From: Candidatus Poribacteria bacterium
GTDB lineage: Bacteria; Poribacteria; WGA-4E; JAJDTR01
Assembly (NCBI GenBank): GCA_965222225.1
Contig: CBDCTK010000002.1
Coordinates: forward strand, 4,864,001-4,928,000
DNA: 64,000 nt
Direction: 5' to 3'
Positions 1 through 9,369 of this stretch are shown in pieces. The translations under genes were made by a program, and so were the position numbers. Under the pieces are notes generated by a model. The model searched no databases, was not told the origin of the DNA, and was given only the letters and a program-made list of their open reading frames with translations. Positions within the stretch are counted from its first letter, which is position 1, and the number at the start of each line of letters is the position of its first letter.

Positions 1-906
1 AACCGCCTGTACCGCAATAACGGGGATGGGACATTCACCGACGAGGCAAAGCGTCTTGACGTCCAATCACCGCAACGCAGTTTCCCCTCATGGTTCTGGG
101 ATTTTGATAACGATGGCGCGCTTGATATCTACGTTTCCGCCTATTCTTCCGGCATTGAGCACGTGGCAGCGAATGCGCTCGGTTTGGCCGTGGACACAGG
201 GATAGCACGTTTGTATCGCGGGGACGGGGGCAGTGGCTTCAGCGAAGTAGCAGACCAATGCAACTTGGTGAGTCCTACCGCACCGATGGGATCCAATTTC
301 GGCGACCTTGACAACGACGGTTATCTTGATTTCTACCTCGGCACCGGATGGCCGCATTACATGGAACTCATGCCAAACGTCCTCTACCTCAATCAAGGCG
401 GACAACGTTTTGCAAATGTTACCTACGCCGCCGGCTTTGGTCACCTACAGAAGGGGCATGCAGTTGTTTTCGCCGACTTCGATAACGATGGGGATCAGGA
501 TATCTTTGAGCAGATGGGTGGGGCATACCCCGGCGACGGCTACAGCAACGCCCTGTATGAGAACCCCGGATTCGGAAGGAACTGGATTTCCATTAAATTA
601 ATCGGCGTCCAATCAAATCGATCGGCGATTGGTGCACGCATCCATTTAAGAATACTCGAGAATGGGTCACGACGTTCAATCTACAAACACGTTAACAGTG
701 GCGGTACATTTGGTTGCAATCCACTTCGACAGACAATCGGCCTAGGCAACTCCGAGCAAGTTGAACTGCTTCAGGTGTTTTGGCCCACCACAGGTCTCAC
801 GCAGACCCTTGAGCGAGTAGCTTGTAATCAGTTCATTCGAATTGTTGAGGGGGCCCAGGAATACACAGAGCTGAAACTGAGAAGGCTGACACTAGGCGAG
901 CCTTAG
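1..906 (+). CDS. CRTAC1/ASPIC-UnbV family FG-GAP repeat protein (5' partial)
   Basis: Frame 1 is open from base 1 (NRLYRNNGDGTFTD...WDFDNDGALDIYV); repeated DxDNDGxxD motifs; C-terminal SNRSAIGARI...GLG...WP ASPIC/UnbV signature. Confidence 0.9.
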   Translation, partial: NRLYRNNGDGTFTDEAKRLDVQSPQRSFPSWFWDFDNDGALDIYVSAYSSGIEHVAANALGLAVDTGIARLYRGDGGSGFSEVADQCNLVSPTAPMGSNFGDLDNDGYLDFYLGTGWPHYMELMPNVLYLNQGGQRFANVTYAAGFGHLQKGHAVVFADFDNDGDQDIFEQMGGAYPGDGYSNALYENPGFGRNWISIKLIGVQSNRSAIGARIHLRILENGSRRSIYKHVNSGGTFGCNPLRQTIGLGNSEQVELLQVFWPTTGLTQTLERVACNQFIRIVEGAQEYTELKLRRLTLGEP

Positions 907-1049
907 TACGCATCAATGAGCGCGCAGTATCCCCATGCGATTAGCCATTGGAGCGTCCAACTGGCAGACAGCGGAATACCCCCAAACTTTGCTAGCACTG
1001 CAACAGAGCAAGCATGGAGTTGCTTTTCATTCGCCTTCCCGCCGTGGTC

Positions 1050-1700
1050 TCACCACACAGTAACACCGTCGTCCACAATCAGCGGGTGTTGATATCTGTA
1101 GGGTGGTTCTAGAGCGGCCTGTTGTGCTTCGGTTAGCCCTGAAACCCATTCCGGCAATCGGGTCTCATAGGTGCCGGTGACATAGCTCAGGTACTTTGTG
1201 TATCGGAAAAGCAGAGTCCGTCTCTCACCTTTCCCTTTCCAAGGCAGGGTGCCGTGGGTTGTCGCCCCGTCAAAGATGACGAGATCTCCCGCTTTGAGGG
1301 CAGGTTGAAACACCAATTCTTGGTTGGCTTCCAACGTCATAATATCATCCGGCGCCTCAAAGTTGGCTTTGTGGCTACCGGGTATGGCGCAGAGACCATC
1401 ATCGCCGGGATTAACGTCGGTCAACGCATACTGGAAAACTATTAGCCCGCAACGCATACGTCCATTCTGATAGGCGTAAAAACGGGAACTGTTAAACGTC
1501 AAGTTGCCGGAGCCGTGCAGTTTCAAACCCTCGCAGCCATCCACAGAATTCAGCAAGTCAACCCCGTGGTCTAGCTTCCATCCACGCCCCAGCATGGTGT
1601 TGAGATACGGTATGACTTTGGGGGTGAGACAGCATATCGCGGAAGGGTTGACACCAAGACTGCTCCCACGTCAACATGCCTTGTAATGTCGAAATGGACT
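1050..1700 (-). pseudogene. Phytanoyl-CoA dioxygenase (PhyH) family, frameshifted/degraded at the 5' end
   Basis: ORF 1050-1595 has GLCAIPGSHK, KAGDLVIF and HGTLPW; the upstream GMLTWEQSWCQPFRDMLSHP lies in another frame and joins at a G5 run (1620-1624); no intact start found. Confidence 0.7.
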
Positions 1701-2088
1701 GAATCGTTCCTCAAGCGGTCTTCTCTCCCAGTTTCCACTTATGGTGTTCGGGTTTCCAAGCTCCCCTGGGACGTTGTTTGGATAAAACACGCGATGTTTG
1801 AATTGATCCAACTGCGATTACGAGTTAATATCATTGACTTGGCTGAAAGTATTCTGGATTTGCCGTGAATTTGCAGCCGAAATCACACACAAATGAAAAA
1901 AATGAATGTCCTCTGCATGGATTGAGGCATCGGTAGAATTCCTTGTCGACTTCCATAATCGTACGGGGTTGTTTCTTTCCCTGCTCGATCCAAATCTTTG
2001 ATGTATCATAGTTAAGATTATGCAAGCCACAGTCGGACCCCTACTCTTGAGACACATGGGCTTCAAGCAAGCAGGTTTCGCGCAGAGG

Positions 2089-4521
2089 CTATTTGCCCAG
2101 TTTGTTGCTCTGTAAATGAAGTTTTGCTCTCTGTTCTTTTGTCACTCGTTCCGCCCCCTCATCGGTGTAAACCACATGCGGCGTGATAAATACCATTAAT
2201 TCTGTCTTCTCGACCCGCGTGTCCGTCCGTCGGAAGAGTTTGCCAAGCAATGGAATGTCTCCCAAAAATGCGATTTTGTGAACGCTCTCGGTCTTGTCGT
2301 CCTTAATCATCCCGCCGATAACCATGGTTTGTCTGTCGTTAATTGTGACTGAGGCGGTCGCTTCCCGCGTCGAGATAATCGGAGCGTCAAACAGTGTAAA
2401 CTCAATGAGACTGCTAATCTGTTGATTCAGGTCGAGAGAGACTGTCCCCGATCTGTTAATCCGCGGTGTAACGGTGAGGATAACGCCGACATTCCGAAAG
2501 TCCGTACTGGTCAAGACACCCCCGGTAGCAGTCTCCTGCGTGCTGACCAAGAAAGGGACTTCTTGTCCAACATTGATAATCGCCTCTCGGTTGTTCTTGG
2601 TCATAATCCGCGGCGTGGAGAGGATATTAACCTTCGTGTCCTTCGTCAGAGCATGAAGCAAGGTGTCTAGCTTGTCGGAGAGAATCCCGTATTTCAGACC
2701 GAAAATCTCTTCAGCCAACCCGAAATCGGTTGTCCCATTTTGACGATGGGTCTCATTATTAATAGTTGTTCTCTGTTCCCACATCCACTCGACCCCAAAG
2801 GCGCTTTCATCGTCAAGCGTTACTTCAATAATCTGCGCTTCAATCAGTACTTGGGGAAGTAGAACGTCAAGATGTTTAATGAGGTTTTCAACGGAGGGGA
2901 AGTTTCGGACAAACGTGGTAATGAGAAGAGAATTCGTGTCTTCATCAGCGACAATTTTCACGTTACCCGTCAGTCCTCGCGCGGCATCGGCGGTTTGCGC
3001 GCCAGATCCCAACGCGCCCGTGGAAAAGGCTCCTCCGCCAAATCGTCCTCCGAACCCACCGCCGAATCCTCCTCCAAATCCGCCTCCGATATTAGTACGG
3101 GCCGTCGCTTGACGTTCAAAGAGTTCGGTCGACAGTAGTTCGTTGAGTACAGTTTCCAAGTTGGCTGCGTTCGCATGTTCGAGAACAAAAACTCGTGTGT
3201 CCTCGGCGAAGTCCGCGATGTCACGATCGAGCTGCTCAATTAACTTCCCGACGGCCTCCATCTGCTGGGTTGTCGTTGTAACCATTACCGAGTTGGTACG
3301 AGCATCTGGAACCGCGGTTAACTCCGGTAGACCGAGTACTCCTTGACCGCTTTGTTCACTAGACCTCTGCTGTTGCTCAAGAAAAAAGCGTCTTCCTCTA
3401 CCGCCGAAGCCACCAAAACCTCCGAATCCCCCGCCGGTAAATGCGTTTTGGGCTGAACTGGAAAATGCTTGGTTCAGTTCATTGGCAATCTCCGTGGCAT
3501 CTCCATATTTTAGGGAGAACACCCGCGTTTCTGGCTGTGAAAAACGTTGCGTGTCCAGTTCTTTTACTAGCTCTCGGATGACTGCGAGATTCTGTTGGCT
3601 AGCAGACACAATCAGCGAGTTGGTGTTTTCATCGGCAATCGCTTTGACTTCACCGAGCAGTTGAAGCGCACCGCCTTCTGTGGGACTGGTTTGATCGGCT
3701 TGGCCGCCTCCATCTCCCCCAAACCTCTGGGTGCCGCCAAATGAACCGCGCCCGCCGAACCCACCGCGACGCCCACGCTGTTGTCGCTCCTGTTCCGCAG
3801 CTGCTGCGGCATCCTTCGGTCTTTCATACAGTTTGGTGATGACTTCAGCTAAGTTCGCGGCGTCCGAATATTGAAGTGAAAACACCTCAATCTTGACGCG
3901 GTCCGCCATCGACACATCCAGTTGCTGGACAATCTCAGCCAGTCTCTTGATTTGTGCCGACGACGCGGTGATAATTAACGTATTACTTCGACCATAAGCG
4001 GTCATCACTCCATATTGCGGTACAAAATCCTTAAGGTCTTTTACTAACTGTGTGGCATCCGCGGAGCTAAGAGGCAGTACCTGCGTGACAATGGTATCGC
4101 TCGGCTTAATGCCTTGCGGGTCACTCCCAATCTGTATCGGAGTGGCTTCTAGTTTTGCCTCCTCTAACGGGACGATTTTTGCGCTGTTTCCGTTGACTAT
4201 GCTAGTGTATCCTTTGATTGCTAGAACAGCGTTCAGCACCGCAAACGCTTCTTCCACGGGCATGTCATCGGGGCTAATAATGGTTACACGCATATCCAAA
4301 TCTGCCGATTTGACAACCGTATAACCGGTCACCTCGGAAAGAAATTCAAGCACATGGTCGACCGAAGCGTCTTTGAAACGCATGGAGATACGTCGTGGTT
4401 CGACTTCTTTTTCGGCTATTGCATTGTCGCCAACCTCACATATACACACCCTACCGACGACAATCAGCATAAAACATAGGGAAAATGTCCATCTCATGGT
4501 GTTAGTCATTGAGTTAGTCAT
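2089..4521 (-). CDS. gspD: Type II secretion secretin GspD with Gly/Phe-rich insertions
   Basis: N0 domain (ISMRFKDASVDHVLEFLS), repeated N domains (LxYxDA), QVLIEAQIIEV, ILSTPRIMT, GDIPLLGKLFR, KTELMVFITPHV. Confidence 0.92.
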   Translation of the reverse strand: MTNSMTNTMRWTFSLCFMLIVVGRVCICEVGDNAIAEKEVEPRRISMRFKDASVDHVLEFLSEVTGYTVVKSADLDMRVTIISPDDMPVEEAFAVLNAVLAIKGYTSIVNGNSAKIVPLEEAKLEATPIQIGSDPQGIKPSDTIVTQVLPLSSADATQLVKDLKDFVPQYGVMTAYGRSNTLIITASSAQIKRLAEIVQQLDVSMADRVKIEVFSLQYSDAANLAEVITKLYERPKDAAAAAEQERQQRGRRGGFGGRGSFGGTQRFGGDGGGQADQTSPTEGGALQLLGEVKAIADENTNSLIVSASQQNLAVIRELVKELDTQRFSQPETRVFSLKYGDATEIANELNQAFSSSAQNAFTGGGFGGFGGFGGRGRRFFLEQQQRSSEQSGQGVLGLPELTAVPDARTNSVMVTTTTQQMEAVGKLIEQLDRDIADFAEDTRVFVLEHANAANLETVLNELLSTELFERQATARTNIGGGFGGGFGGGFGGRFGGGAFSTGALGSGAQTADAARGLTGNVKIVADEDTNSLLITTFVRNFPSVENLIKHLDVLLPQVLIEAQIIEVTLDDESAFGVEWMWEQRTTINNETHRQNGTTDFGLAEEIFGLKYGILSDKLDTLLHALTKDTKVNILSTPRIMTKNNREAIINVGQEVPFLVSTQETATGGVLTSTDFRNVGVILTVTPRINRSGTVSLDLNQQISSLIEFTLFDAPIISTREATASVTINDRQTMVIGGMIKDDKTESVHKIAFLGDIPLLGKLFRRTDTRVEKTELMVFITPHVVYTDEGAERVTKEQRAKLHLQSNKLGK

Positions 4522-5171
4522 TGATTCAATTCGTTTCTCCTCTTTTCGCGCATTCGTTCAATCAAGTCCTGTGCAGTATTGTTGCTTTCTGACGGCTCTT
4601 CAAGTTTTTTCTGCTGTCTGGTGACCGTCCCAAAGATAACCCGCCCATCTGTTCCGTACTCAATACGCTCCCCCAGTGCGAGTTGTACGGCCATTTCTCC
4701 ACGTGCTAAGGTAATATGGTTCGGATAAATCTCCTGTACCGTAGTATCTTTGAGTGCCTCTCCTCGGCGGAGAAACATGCCCGTCCTTATGTTTTGGTCT
4801 TCTACGACAGCGAAAAAGTATGGCCCCTTCTTCACGATTCCTGTCAGTGCAAGCCCGTATGTGGGCAATGGGGACAGTGCATCATCAACAAGCTCAGATA
4901 TGGGAGTTGGGTTTTGTTGTACCGGCGGGCCGATGTCGCGTTTCCAGCCAAGGGGACGAAAAAGATTGTTTTCGACAATAATGTCATAATTCTTCGGTTC
5001 CCGATTTATAGGAAATACCGCCTCTGCTTTGGAAGCAGTAGATCTAGAAGGGACAATGCGTCGCTCTGACTGAATCGGTACAGAAGCCGCTTTTCGCCAA
5101 ACGACACCGAGAATTACGAAGCATGCGATTAACCCTAAGATTGCCACGCAGAGAATTTTTGCCTTCTTCAA
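4518..5171 (-). CDS. GspC/GspN-like single-TM type II secretion accessory protein
   Basis: N-terminal TM, NNLFRP motif, HR-like LALTGIV...AVVED...GE...V..I domain; overlaps gspD start by 4 nt; TTG start at 5171 inferred (ORF track extends to 5270). Confidence 0.7.
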   Translation of the reverse strand: MKKAKILCVAILGLIACFVILGVVWRKAASVPIQSERRIVPSRSTASKAEAVFPINREPKNYDIIVENNLFRPLGWKRDIGPPVQQNPTPISELVDDALSPLPTYGLALTGIVKKGPYFFAVVEDQNIRTGMFLRRGEALKDTTVQEIYPNHITLARGEMAVQLALGERIEYGTDGRVIFGTVTRQQKKLEEPSESNNTAQDLIERMREKRRNELNQ

Positions 5172-5196
5172 TGTTTTGACCGCCCTGAATATCGGA

Positions 5197-5550
5197 TTAC
5201 CGCCATTGGCCCGCGATCCAAACCTAGCCGCCCGGGCGCCTTTCCCAACGACCAGCAACCCAGGCACCACGAGGACTTCGCTCCCAGTTACCGCCTACCC
5301 AAACGTGTTTTCTTCCTGTCCAACGCCAATGCCCGCCAATTCAAACTGCTTTAGGACTCGATTTAGGTGATGGATTCTCGACAATCGGGGCTGGCGGAGA
5401 TTCCTGAACATAAACTATCCCAGCTCGCACAACCTTCCTTCGGCAGATTGGATAAACCGTACACTCGACTGACGTAACCAGCAAACTGGCAATCATCAGT
5501 AACGAGATACCCATCTAGCATTTTCCGATGTATTGTCGATTGTTTATTAT
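5197..5550 (-). pseudogene. YXWGXW (WXXGXW) repeat protein interrupted by three in-frame stops
   Basis: One frame reads MGISLLMIASLLVTSVECTVYP...VYVQESPPAPIVENPSPKSSPKAV*IGGHWRWTGRKHVWVGGNWERSPRGAWVAGRWERRPGG*VWIAGQWR*; stops at 5224-5226, 5341-5343 and 5515-5517; absent from the ORF track. Confidence 0.8.
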
Positions 5551-5588
5551 GATTATCCTACTTCTTGTTTTTGCGAGATTATGACTGA

Positions 5589-6119
5589 TTATCCATCAAA
5601 AGCGCCAAATCTACCACCACCACGTCTGCGGTTTCCGCCTAATCCACCCCCTCGGCCGATTTTGGGCAATTTTAGTTCGGGCAGTTTGATGTCGGCAAAC
5701 TTCTCCCGCTGTTCTTCGTCAAGTATAACTTGCATTTCTGCAACTAAAGCGTCAATCTGATTTTGATAATCTTTGCGTTGTTGATAGAACGACTGCATCT
5801 TCGCTTGCAAACCGCCACGCATTCCGGTGCCTCTGCTACCTCCGAATCTGGCACCGCCACCAAATCCAGCGGCACCACCGCGCATCTGGTTTCGCCTCTC
5901 CGTCAACTCCGATTCCAACGTTTTTTTCTCTAATTCGTAATCCTCAACGATTTTCTCAATCTGTTGTATTTTGGCGTGAGCCACCTCACGCTGGTTTACT
6001 GAAAGTTGCAAGGTTTTTGAGGTCTTTTCGATGTCTAGCAATTTTGTGCTGCCACAACCAGACACCGCAAAAATCGTGATGGCAAAGGTAAGTCCAATAT
6101 GTAATTTCCGGAATACCAT
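5589..6119 (-). CDS. Spy/CpxP-like helical lipoprotein with Gly/Arg-rich tracts
   Basis: Lipobox AVSG-C; LQLSVNQR and ILDEEQREKF LTxxQ-like motifs; RBS AGAGGAGA before ATG 6119. Confidence 0.6.
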   Translation of the reverse strand: MVFRKLHIGLTFAITIFAVSGCGSTKLLDIEKTSKTLQLSVNQREVAHAKIQQIEKIVEDYELEKKTLESELTERRNQMRGGAAGFGGGARFGGSRGTGMRGGLQAKMQSFYQQRKDYQNQIDALVAEMQVILDEEQREKFADIKLPELKLPKIGRGGGLGGNRRRGGGRFGAFDG

Positions 6120-6207
6120 CCGTTTTTCTCCTCTTGTGTCCAATCATATGGTGAATAAGGGGAAAACGCTATCGTTTCCCCCCGGCTGACTCGCTCACAT
6201 TTAGATA

Positions 6208-6816
6208 TTACTGATTGCGGCGAGTTCTGTCACCTCTTCGTCCATCACCGCCACCTGGTCGCCCCCGACGGCCGCCGAATCCTCCGAATCCTCCGCTATT
6301 GTTCACAATTCCTGCAATGGTCAATTGGGCTTCTTGGCGCACGGTGAGAAGTTCAACCACACCCGCCTGCAATGAATCGGATTTTGTTTTCTGCTGGCTC
6401 TGCTTCGCTTTGAGGGCGTCGAGCGCGGACTTAATCTTTGCATTATCCCCGCTATCAACCGCAGTACGAAGCGCCTCTACCAACGGCCGCAAGTCTCGAC
6501 GTCGTTCAATCTGATGCTCCGTAATTGCCTTAATTCTAGGAACCAAGACAGTTTTCTCATCTTCAGATAGGTTCAACTCCTCAATCGCTCGCTGGGTTTG
6601 TCTCTCGACCATCTCTTCAAGGTTGAATTGTCCTCTCTGTTCGCCTCCCCGATTTCCGCGACCCTGTTCTCCGCGGTTAGAACGATCAGGGCGCGTATCC
6701 TCTTGTGCGGAGATGTAATATGCACTGGTAAACACGAATCCCACGATAAATATAAGCGTGAGTGGGCGCGTCATTTCTTGCCTTGATAGATTCATTTTCT
6801 TCAGAATACGAAACAT
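6208..6816 (-). CDS. Spy/CpxP-like exported helical protein
   Basis: Signal/TM segment; LNLSEDEK and LLTVRQEAQL (LTxxQ) motifs; Gly/Arg-rich tails; RBS GGAGGA before ATG 6816. Confidence 0.6.
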   Translation of the reverse strand: MFRILKKMNLSRQEMTRPLTLIFIVGFVFTSAYYISAQEDTRPDRSNRGEQGRGNRGGEQRGQFNLEEMVERQTQRAIEELNLSEDEKTVLVPRIKAITEHQIERRRDLRPLVEALRTAVDSGDNAKIKSALDALKAKQSQQKTKSDSLQAGVVELLTVRQEAQLTIAGIVNNSGGFGGFGGRRGRPGGGDGRRGDRTRRNQ

Positions 6817-6883
6817 GGTGATTTCCTCCATTATTATGTGAGTGGGTTGATTTGAGCATGATTGACGCGTTTTGCTCAGGATG

Positions 6884-6910
6884 TTAGACAGACAGTAATG
6901 GCAAAAGTTC
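6884..6910 (-). promoter_or_regulatory. sigmaE/AlgU-type ECF promoter
   Basis: Minus strand GAACTT-N16-TCTAA, ~70 nt upstream of ATG 6816. Confidence 0.6.
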
Positions 6911-7224
6911 GGAGTTATTTTCAAAGTGTATCAATTAGCGGATATTTTTCAGTTTTTTGCCCCTCCTGAATAACCCAACCTGGGCAGAATTGGGAGAGGG
7001 AATTCCAATTACGGTGACTCAATGCTCAAAAGGAGGGTTTATTAAAATCTTCAAGTATTCCTATCCAGATTCTATTGGAATTCTTGTAGTTTCTCGCTAT
7101 AATGAAATAGACCTTGTTGAATACACCAAAGCATTGTCAATTCTCTATACATGCGCATTAAGGCCCTTTTTATTCTTAAATTTTATTCTTGGACTCAAAA
7201 CTAGAAGTCGCCCACCGTATCCCA

Positions 7225-8919
7225 ATGCCGAAGGCGAATCATTTTACTTCTACAATGCCTACTACGGATTCTAACACAGACAACCGCACGTCCCAAGAAA
7301 AGATTGACGCGATCCTTCGTCCCAAGTGGTGTATCACTTCTGACAAGGGCCGGTTATACTGGGATTTAATCTGTGCTGCTATCCGTAATGACGTTAAGGC
7401 AATTCGCAACCACTTGAAGGAGGAGCCGGATTGTGCCAGGCTAGAGTTTTGGTACACACCTCCCATCCACTTTGCTGTCCGCGAAGGCAATTTGGATGCG
7501 GCTCGACTACTTTGGGAGGCGTATCCGTACGACGAAGTCACAAATCTAATCAGGATGGCGGAAGATCGCGGTCGCGTTGATGTTGCAAGCTACTTGCGCA
7601 CCTCCATCGGCACGGAGATTCGAGGTACCAACCTCCGGCTACACCAAGCCGTGGAAGCCGGGAATCAAGAGGAGGTTGAACGCCTGTTAGCCGAGGTTCC
7701 GGAAATCGGTGTACACCGTGATGAAAAAGGGCGGACAGCACTGCACGTTGCGGCGATTGCCAACAATCACGAGGCGGTGCGTGCGCTACTGGCAAACGGC
7801 ATTGATATTGATGCCATGGATCACTTCGGCTTTCGTGCGGTTCATTACGCCTGTTGGACAAATCTATATTGGACACTGGCACAGGAAAGCGACGGATTGT
7901 TACAGATGTTGCTTGACACAGGAGCAGCCGACAGTCCGACTCTAGCGGCTGCCCGCGGCGATTTGGATGCTGTGCGTGCCTTCGTCGCGGCGAATCCGAC
8001 AGCGGTTAATGATGGTGAGACACTTCAGAAGCGCCCGCTCTCTTCCGCCGTAGAGCGAGGTCGCCGCAACATTGTGCATTTCCTTCTCGACCACGGCGCA
8101 GATCCATCGCTGCCGGAAGGCCGGATGTGTCCGCACGGTTCCGCTCTAATGACCGCCTCGGTGAAAAACGACGTTGAAATGGCGCGATGGCTGCTTGAGG
8201 CTGGTGCCGACCCTAACGGAAACGTTGACTCATCGGGCGCTCCGGCAATACGTGCCTCGTCCGATGCGATGCGCGGACTCATGTATGAATACGGTGGACG
8301 CACCGGGACAGCGTGGGGATTCGCACAAAGCGGAAATCTTGAGACTTTGGCGGCGATCCTGCGCTATTGCGACGATCCGTTTTCGGGCGAGGAGAACGAA
8401 TACCTAACGACACCGTATACCGCCATCATTAGCGGTTGCAAGCGCCGATTGGATAAGAAACAGAGCACCGACGCCCATGAGGCGATGCTGAACATGTTCT
8501 TGCGGCGGGGTTACCCGATGCCAACGGTGCTTACCGAGTGCAAAACCTACCTCTACCATATACCGCACATGACGCGGCAATTGCTGATTCATGGACTAGA
8601 TCCGAACCTGCCTGACTGGCATCGGCGTACTCCATTACACGATCTAAGTGCGGGAATCCGGCACGTAGACGACACTCCAGAATTGATGCAGCTCTTTATC
8701 GACCAAGGTGCCGACATTGACGCAATTGACGAGGAGGACCGCTCTACGCCATTAGGCATAGCCGCCCGCGAAGGACATACGGATCTTGTCAATCTATTGC
8801 TCTCCAACGGTGCCGACCCAAATGCGACGAGAGCAAATTGGGCAACGCCGCTCGCTTGGGCGGAGCGCCGAGGTCACGAGAAAATCGCGTCGATGTTGCG
8901 CGCACGTGGGGCAGTCTAA
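7225..8919 (+). CDS. Ankyrin repeat protein
   Basis: Multiple ankyrin repeats ([37 protein letters not shown]); start uncertain. Confidence 0.9.
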   Translation: MPKANHFTSTMPTTDSNTDNRTSQEKIDAILRPKWCITSDKGRLYWDLICAAIRNDVKAIRNHLKEEPDCARLEFWYTPPIHFAVREGNLDAARLLWEAYPYDEVTNLIRMAEDRGRVDVASYLRTSIGTEIRGTNLRLHQAVEAGNQEEVERLLAEVPEIGVHRDEKGRTALHVAAIANNHEAVRALLANGIDIDAMDHFGFRAVHYACWTNLYWTLAQESDGLLQMLLDTGAADSPTLAAARGDLDAVRAFVAANPTAVNDGETLQKRPLSSAVERGRRNIVHFLLDHGADPSLPEGRMCPHGSALMTASVKNDVEMARWLLEAGADPNGNVDSSGAPAIRASSDAMRGLMYEYGGRTGTAWGFAQSGNLETLAAILRYCDDPFSGEENEYLTTPYTAIISGCKRRLDKKQSTDAHEAMLNMFLRRGYPMPTVLTECKTYLYHIPHMTRQLLIHGLDPNLPDWHRRTPLHDLSAGIRHVDDTPELMQLFIDQGADIDAIDEEDRSTPLGIAAREGHTDLVNLLLSNGADPNATRANWATPLAWAERRGHEKIASMLRARGAV

Positions 8920-9016
8920 ACGCGTCACAACCCTGGCTGCCCTTTGCTGAAGTAACGGGAACCGGTGCGACGAAATCCCTCACCAGCACGTTAAAGCCCA
9001 CCAAAATTATCTAAGT

Positions 9017-9056
9017 TGCCTAAAATTCAGATGCGCCGATGCCTAAATTTTAGGCA
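9017..9056. promoter_or_regulatory. NtrC-like upstream activator sites
   Basis: 17-bp palindrome TGCCTAAATTTTAGGCA (9040-9056) plus a half-match TGCCTAAAATT at 9017, ~130-170 bp upstream of the sigma54 motif. Confidence 0.55.
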
Positions 9057-9186
9057 AACCAATCAGAAATACCCCCTTCTCTTCTTGCTTGCCTCACCAC
9101 AACCAACTTCTCAACACCCCCATCATATAGGCACTTACCCGATTCTTCACTCCTCATCTGCCAATAACAGTGCGCCGATTACGGTT

Positions 9187-9202
9187 TGGCATCTCTCTTG
9201 CT
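9187..9202 (+). promoter_or_regulatory. sigma54 (-24/-12) promoter of the urea operon
   Basis: TGGCAT-CTCTC-TTGCT fits TGGCAC-N5-TTGCW. Confidence 0.7.
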
Positions 9203-9369
9203 GATAGTCACTCTGTCTAGCGGACAGAGGAACGGTATATGTCCGTCCATCTGAAGAGATGAGGAAGTCTGTTTGTGAATTGAATGGTTGAAAGCGGACG
9301 TGGACAGGCTACTCTCCTGGAATTTCAACAGCATCTCATCAACATCATTTTGAAAAATGGAGGAAACTA

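Noticed and set aside
5197-5550. Alternative genetic code or Sec/Pyl recoding
   Set aside because: TGA and TAG end well-conserved genes here (urtD and metG TGA; ureA and alaS TAG), and both stop types occur at Trp positions.
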